DNA of 64,000 nucleotides from an uncultured virus (IMG/VR IMGVR_UViG_3300013004_000028) (lineage: Duplodnaviria; Heunggongvirae; Uroviricota; Caudoviricetes): the IMG/VR virus record IMGVR_UViG_3300013004_000028, one strand, 5' to 3'. This document shows positions 60,701-64,000 of this stretch, piece by piece (within the stretch, counting starts at the first letter, position 1; the number at the start of each line of letters is the position of its first letter). Both the position numbers and the translations under genes were made by a program. Below the pieces are notes generated by a model. It was not told the DNA's origin, made no database searches, and was given only the letters and a program-made list of their open reading frames with translations.

Positions 60701-63700
60701 GTTTTCTATTATAAAATCTTTTTACCCCTATATCCTTAGTTAATCTATGAAATGTTCCTTCTGCTCCGCCACCCATAAAAGAAGATTGGAGTGCAAAATT
60801 AGGAATAAATCCTTCAGAAGCGGACATACCTTTAGATCTGGGATCTATACCTTCTTTTTTAGCTAAACCCATTCCATTAGCTAAAGTTCCTTCATACTTA
60901 TTATAAGTGCCAAAACCTTCTGGATTAAAAGGAGTTCTTAAAGAAGGGTTTTTACCCATTCTTATTTTTCCGATAGGTATTCCAGCTTTAGCTTCTTTGG
61001 CTCTAGATTTCTTTTTGGCATTTTGAGTTTCTTTATAAGAAAGTTTTGAAGCAAAATTAGGAATAAAACCACTTGATAAAAAACGCTCTAAACCATTTTC
61101 TCTTAGCACTTGTTCTCTAGTCTTTTTTCTTCCTCCAGTGTTTCTCGGTTTATTATATCTTGCGGACAGAATAGCTTGAACCCGATCTTCATCAGATAAA
61201 GGAGCTATTTCACTAACAGGCATATTTCTATCCTGTACATCAGTTGGTAATTGTCTTTCTGTTAGTATCTGTTGCTGAATTTTCTTATAACTGTTTGTAG
61301 TTTTCCTTGCTCTACTTCCTTGTCCTGCTAAATTAGCCGCCCATTCTTGAACTTTCCTTTCATCATCGGATAGAGGACCTGTTTCTATAGCAGGCATATC
61401 ACTGTCCGGTACACTCATCCTTTCAGGATAGGCATTCATTGTCATTCCAACTTCTTTACCCATGTTAGGTAGATCCCTCGCCCTAGTGGAGCCCTGAAAA
61501 CGTAACTTTGGAATAACTATTTTAGGAACAATTCTTTTACCATTTACTATCTGTGTTAGAGGTCCGGCATTAGTTTGTCTACGAGTTATTGGATCAATAT
61601 CATTTAAATCAGGGACAGCTATATAATTGGTTAATTTTATTCTGTCGTATTTATCTGGAACGCCTTCTGTAAAAAGGGGTAAAAGCATTGGACTTAACTC
61701 AGCTATATTTTCAGGAAGAAATCTCCCATATTTATCTCCAACTTTGGGAGCTGTCCAATCTCCAGCTTTAGCTTCAAGTAAAGAGATTTCTTTATTTTCT
61801 ATAGAATCTATTGAGAATGCATCGACTGCGTTATTGCCTTTATTAAATCCGGTGTTTCTAGTCGGAATAAATTTAGGGCCTACTTTTGTTTTATTGGCTT
61901 GCTGTATAGCGTATCTTTCAAAAACTCCAGTATAATCAGTTTGATCTACTTTGCCATCTTTTCTATTTTTATCTTTAAAGCGATAAGAATCTGGAGCAGA
62001 TTGCAAAATTGAAGACATTAAATTTCTTCTTGAGCCCCCTTTATCAGGAATCTTAACTTGAACTTGTTCAAAAGAAATTGTACTAATTTTATCATCAAAC
62101 TCAACATTTTTATTGCCTCTAGACTGAGCTAAAGCAAATTGATTCGCAGCATTTACATTATTAGGTAAAAATTGTGATATATCTATATAATCATCAGATT
62201 CATCAATTTTACTATTTAAATTAACATTCTTTTTACTCTTCGACTTAGGATTATTTATTGGTTCATCAATTATATCATCGACATAATCATCTGTTTGCAG
62301 AGCCTTGTACATCCTAGTCGCTCTATCTAATATTCTACTTCCAGAATCAGATTCTTGTATTCTCTTTCTTTGTTTCCTAAGCGCTCGTATTTCGTCGGCT
62401 TGTTCTGGAGGGGTTATATTTTTTCCAACTGTATATATTTTTGGTGGAAGCTCTCCTAGCCGTCTATTTATTTTATCAATTGCTTTATTCTTTTTTAGAG
62501 AAGTTCTTCCCATTGTTTTATCAATAAATGCGGTCCTATTTTGTATTTGAGGTAAATTAGCTATTAAAAGATCTTCTGACCCTCCCGCAGCTAATCTCCT
62601 AATTCCTTTTGTATCTCCTTCTCCAATTGCTTTTCTTAATTCAGTTCCACTTATACCCTCAGTCCTAGCGTCCTGCACCACTTGTAATCCCTTTTCTGTA
62701 TATTTTGCGGTTTCATAGAGTCCCTTATCGTCACCTACTAATGCAATACTTCCGGGAGTAGGGCTTAGATATCTTCCGTCTGACACTTTAAAAACAGAAG
62801 GTATTCTACCTCTGAATTCGGAAGACGGAATAACTGTTGTTTTGGCTCCAGTCGCTTTTTTTATTAATTGTCTTCTAAGACCTATAGGAAAAACTGAGGT
62901 ACGATAAGAATGTTTATCGCCTTCCTTAAGTGTAGCTCCAGAACTAACTCCGAATACTATATTCTCTGGTTCGAAACCTAACGAACGAGCTTGTGTAAAC
63001 ATTTCCTTATGCCCTTCCGTAAATGGGGCAAAAGCTCCATATGCGAATGCAATTTTCTTCTTTTCAATATTAAGTTGTTTTTTAATTATAGATGTTTTAT
63101 CACCTTCTCTTTGCAATCTTGCGACAGGAACACCTTTATTTTCAGCCACTGCGGCTATATAATTAGGGTCTTCAGGATTTTTTCCTACAGTTTCTAGTAA
63201 TGATTTCCCAGATCTACCTTGATTTGCTATTGGGTTATCACTAGCTGCTCTTTTTTTAGCAGACTTTATTTGATCTTCTCTGGATATTTGTAGAGAAATT
63301 AGCCTATCTACTCCTCCGAAAAGTCCTTCTTGTAAACTCCTTTCAGCATTTGACTGGGAAGCTTTTGTAGCTACGACTTCATCAACTTTGTCAATGTCTG
63401 ACTCTTGTAGAATTGGTATTCGAGTCGTTTTTCTAAATTTACTATCATCGCTCTTTTTTGGTATGCCATATTTGTCTGCATTAAATGCAAGAGAAGTTTT
63501 TCCTGACCCCGGAGCACCATAAATTCCAGTAATTCTTTTTAAACCTCCGGTTTTTCTTTTTTGCATAGCATAATTACCTAAATGCTCCCAATACTCATGC
63601 GTTTTTGAGTTGCCAAGTCTTTCCATTTCTGAATTAACTATCTGTGCGTATTCAGGATTAGCTAAAACATCGCCATCTAATATACCAACTCTTCTAGTAA

Positions 63701-64000
63701 TTTCTGCAAAATTCGGAATAAAGCCTTTGCTTGAAAAGTAAGAAGGAAGAGCCGCCGTAGAATTTTCTTGTCTTTTAATTAATGTGTATGGCTTTTCAAA
63801 AGATATAGGTTCTTTGATTTTATTTTTGAAAAATGGAAACTTTGATCTTTTATCTGTTTTTGGCAATTCTAAAGCTTTGGTTTGTAAAGCTTTTGAAACC
63901 AAATTATCTCTAGTTATTTCTCCCGCTTTAACTTCTGCTATCCCCTGCCTCTTTGAATTGATTATGTCCATTCTTGCACCTTTACCAGTTGCTAATACAG
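51768..64000 (-). CDS. Giant tape-measure-like polyvalent protein (>4067 aa, 5' end outside the window)
   Basis: The frame stays open upstream of the ATG at 63971 (...VLATGKGAR-M). It has seven GFIPNF motifs, enzyme-like cassettes, a central Ala/Gly hydrophobic segment and a long coiled-coil C-terminal half, and it precedes the tail genes. Confidence 0.8.
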   Translation of the reverse strand, partial: VLATGKGARMDIINSKRQGIAEVKAGEITRDNLVSKALQTKALELPKTDKRSKFPFFKNKIKEPISFEKPYTLIKRQENSTAALPSYFSSKGFIPNFAEITRRVGILDGDVLANPEYAQIVNSEMERLGNSKTHEYWEHLGNYAMQKRKTGGLKRITGIYGAPGSGKTSLAFNADKYGIPKKSDDSKFRKTTRIPILQESDIDKVDEVVATKASQSNAERSLQEGLFGGVDRLISLQISREDQIKSAKKRAASDNPIANQGRSGKSLLETVGKNPEDPNYIAAVAENKGVPVARLQREGDKTSIIKKQLNIEKKKIAFAYGAFAPFTEGHKEMFTQARSLGFEPENIVFGVSSGATLKEGDKHSYRTSVFPIGLRRQLIKKATGAKTTVIPSSEFRGRIPSVFKVSDGRYLSPTPGSIALVGDDKGLYETAKYTEKGLQVVQDARTEGISGTELRKAIGEGDTKGIRRLAAGGSEDLLIANLPQIQNRTAFIDKTMGRTSLKKNKAIDKINRRLGELPPKIYTVGKNITPPEQADEIRALRKQRKRIQESDSGSRILDRATRMYKALQTDDYVDDIIDEPINNPKSKSKKNVNLNSKIDESDDYIDISQFLPNNVNAANQFALAQSRGNKNVEFDDKISTISFEQVQVKIPDKGGSRRNLMSSILQSAPDSYRFKDKNRKDGKVDQTDYTGVFERYAIQQANKTKVGPKFIPTRNTGFNKGNNAVDAFSIDSIENKEISLLEAKAGDWTAPKVGDKYGRFLPENIAELSPMLLPLFTEGVPDKYDRIKLTNYIAVPDLNDIDPITRRQTNAGPLTQIVNGKRIVPKIVIPKLRFQGSTRARDLPNMGKEVGMTMNAYPERMSVPDSDMPAIETGPLSDDERKVQEWAANLAGQGSRARKTTNSYKKIQQQILTERQLPTDVQDRNMPVSEIAPLSDEDRVQAILSARYNKPRNTGGRKKTREQVLRENGLERFLSSGFIPNFASKLSYKETQNAKKKSRAKEAKAGIPIGKIRMGKNPSLRTPFNPEGFGTYNKYEGTLANGMGLAKKEGIDPRSKGMSASEGFIPNFALQSSFMGGGAEGTFHRLTKDIGVKRFYNRKPSSSAGIFAGFETKKDTKTANVKSESNLPKTITDEFTVSKLLAEKRLVDGITGPKIPDNLERALRAKSIRKEIIKEPMARDSVGIAASGVFGRILQARLKKAGLEMDDLHGANYTLNPQGRKFIEENKNNLLKDYVKYYKVPESSQDLYDKFVKSGGKATIIDAGYTNVIDPNLKNQVNEYSKKTNSRGFIPNFATPSLASDKTFFRDVVGNKKSGKNLARNIDRKTYDFLIAKYGREKVESSLAKISKTPAFDFSSEKDKMYKEAVEKNNTDLLKKMVEKEAQDSPYNRKGVRLGFYNKGVPLRSEIKDLNFGPGYYTAEDASLSIGGSDVSVNSKPHEDRLKALGLKASDVQFRKDEVYVKAQKPLTGNLPDEFMPYLNARVNYEIAINDAYAKLGKYGHLSPEEIAKISNRSLLLSTLRSRSAKNEKYKIGTAILMKEGKIPYDSIRGIAGRTLQEKTMSSELVVPNASQIKSAALVEYDDDGNLIPLSKRFDEKSDDIRGSKNPNKKRGRGYSIQGLGLRGKPTSFAKGFIPNFFSRLSPAKIPYAQERKALNESVNAEMSAGFERKDVKIGRRASLKTKSNPKGLAVFNKDEKTLSKGMSFAKMAKIEPTTKRTYGDSSSGLVSRTSAFGFIPNFEIPVRRPSLMNRVRQGASKVKTAANSPLALKIRSMLNTPTSTNALSLLISQIDGAPDISSDEIEFFKKVLDQVQYSTGNLLTSVQRANLPSLRTALSVIVPTVDDYLSSRFSRENPNSSSEGFIPNFATPKEKRALKKIRKRNEAKQKNADKDQEKKDKTQAAQQKVAAVRARPALPSSLRSGLGGSFQATREIFQRNQAKRKAAEAEKKASRTNAAPIKKAGISPQDQAKRDAKANADRKRRNIKIDYTNAKAQMAKLPQAPGRYQPTLTAQNQFVSRKEILKNLTQDRINKRRVGAKGVENTFKKGGQGQSKLFRNRDGQIVGSEERNRKADSIRADRLYNRSVAAGIMTPGGKLGSPILPTKGIQGAGKGMQSFPRTQIENRFQVEKDARKAKANRLRSVNNESRSIRKEYKADFAKQKELNANQKGGILQGGGQQGGGKQGAMPAGGGMPMGGDLPDSDNKVTKTPQELKQEKKEKRAAKAGAINAKMMGLAFTASTVTGMFSTPEEGKEQTKAQKEVQNIGESIAAGASAAMMVAMVPALAPIAPIVGVLAGAFNYATKATKAAVPSTLELTNNNQKLIQSTESQITSLQEAIKSQNEISELKTSGGDPKKIAKAQSTFAKSLGGIKDPELISTILNEKSDLKKQEAIANFQEKKSKDLNFSQGNLVTSEIIKKSREENVSVFGNKTKTSDFKTEDFDTFLNPIIDSIDFTKVKSKEASEAIDKLGNGTLSMGDFITQFGSELGLTESQVKMASKTYGDLNKEFTDSSIQSMDKYAAALLTFNKNLNDTVQTGIQGFSLDFQKVFDEGLKGLTLDTALINYKNFSTAGTNLSIEKSRLDSDRASGRITEAEGINRQASLQTKDLNLDAEKKGTEIVSKAVEQLTALIPKNASIEQRSNILNQASSVLKGGGDLSSLEGLIKQSLGSSDGSKEILSQIADINQEVVLGIEKLRIDQADGLRSINTISQDQLKESQRRNLAEIGKSALAGPPQYTKKLMNTGAVLETDAKIQKLRDKAERSGGGETETGRKLLVEASNLEMQNDRIKYEDEQAQAERYGKDNVVKRTNEERSGKAQLQKTMADDIGQKLRDLNKARAKSNQGSIFSDASIKKITEGIQIGGSGADESKRMLDEKFNNPYFQDSTVQSFAREIKGVGGVNSIFANNNQMAASAGANVPIAASAGAAGAGFPVVPNVAGAGVPTVPSVAGAGVTTVPSVAGASVPTVPSVAGAGVTTVPSSGVAATNTSMNPSSAAMPNYASSTANITAKSLTGRGSEQADILRRSAAVTQTQDYKSFEAEKAKNVQLRQERSVAEAGEPQRIIDNQKAVEKIKTPLNYQRTINTGTAATLKQDFVMDDLVSFQERMKSGKATETDFENLKASTLMDEGGNDRSREEISARNAYISQVESSGFSFKEDEVSVEKRIKEAQAKKDAKAKQGLDTTLEDNQISNLTKRKKDAGRNFEKEIERSDTTLAAKRERIDAAISAAESYNTESSKFLTQDAVLPAKTKSKTPQETDINVKRLQGLEETAKVLGDGKKDDERIQRVEEDLREGRQVQGKDGKIERVKMSPEEVKKAQEQLAGFKSDKAENTAARIKNKSETARVKAGLAEDPVQYLKSLEKQRGTAPLQDAAQIDENIKKNQDYLKNGVMRKGKDGKEQLTPLTPEERKKEEESLKANMAAKKEIDLDNKIKSVTAQAQMADPKGYLELLQSRRGVGPPRDPEELKKGIQAKKDEIKSLEKVNPLSADEANQFTSLEKETTAYDKSVSNIKELEALNKIPNLSEQSQKRKAELEATSSADMELTSYSDFEPWKGVNPKDIRDKKKKLGEFKARLDPKGKIADLRKGIETDEKTLSEDQLIAEAQKKADAKDPAKVRASYVAKLKGSKDKNLQGVAAKIEKLDKKKTELDSLKGKTLTADEKTELTGLEDETRSFDKAESNRKELNILRAKEPYGTLTDSDKKRKEQLELTEATDAKTLDTRKEAKDNKLELQDLRELDRMGPLSEGQIARKTELESREATDTKILADPQDGLDIVKRERMKELQAKAKNTEKETQLRGEVKKGTEDVARATDQNMGAINNELFKGQVAPVIMDQIQKPEDKKKVQAYNAKVVERQDQEAQLDPINKNIADIEAKRRDRSKVGFEAMADMGPDNDGKKSDFINKFIRGEVTAEEADEQTGGALKNAYNKVIPKKEGQTFEDLNNVGNVKDEKSKKAQIEKQIAQTKEEENKLGAVIKPLVDAVTGLTNAQGAATEGAAEGQNAQGAQGVVNTTNVNTTSQISVNITGEGITPEMIEKLKPSIIGMVEQHNREVASAAGKPPPAAPPTKAPPATTG
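55060..55215 (-). repeat. 33-bp tandem repeat (11-aa unit AGVPTVPSVAG / AGVTTVPSVAG)
   Basis: About 4.5 units in an alternating 66-bp higher-order pattern. Confidence 0.85.
58401..63725 (-). repeat. Seven dispersed GFIPNF-coding 18-mers
   Basis: Copies at 63708-63725, 61053-61070, 60795-60812, 60120-60137, 59088-59105, 58782-58799 and 58401-58418. Confidence 0.95.

Noticed and set aside
1064..63197. All plus-strand ORFs in the track (for example 37450..37923, 48984..49394, 55036..55338)
   Set aside because: They are antisense shadows of well-supported minus-strand genes and have no motifs of their own.
58401..63725. GFIPNF 18-mers as a CRISPR array or DNA-level repeat element
   Set aside because: Spacing is irregular (about 0.25-2.6 kb), all copies are in frame, and differences are synonymous, so the constraint is on the protein.
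1..64000. Stop-codon reassignment, as seen in some large phages
   Set aside because: Conserved genes are full length in the standard code, and TAA, TAG and TGA all occur at tight gene junctions.

Overview
The window is an AT-rich, gene-dense segment of a large tailed dsDNA phage genome. Essentially all real genes are on the minus strand, use the standard code, are tightly packed and have few Shine-Dalgarno signals. In transcription order (right to left) it holds: (1) a >4,067-aa tape-measure-like giant protein, open to the window edge, whose N-terminal half is a chain of enzyme-like cassettes (P-loop kinase, HIGH-type nucleotidyltransferase, PD-(D/E)XK nuclease, protein-kinase-like, ART-like) separated by seven GFIPNF motifs; (2) putative tail/baseplate genes, one carrying an intact trypsin-like protease domain; (3) a ~400-nt non-coding island rich in hairpins with GAAA tetraloops and a candidate promoter, probably an unrecognised structured RNA; (4) nucleotide metabolism and replication genes (nrdAB, thyX, dCMP deaminase, MazG-like, RecA, DnaB, primase, Cas4-like nuclease, and a DnaE split into PHP, exonuclease and polymerase genes); (5) a sigma-like factor, an RNA polymerase alpha-CTD-like protein, an RNA ligase and about nine glycosyltransferases plus Gmd. 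Two promoter classes are visible: TTGAC-N16-TAnnnT and a GTGTA motif. All functional calls come from reading motifs by eye, not from database searches.
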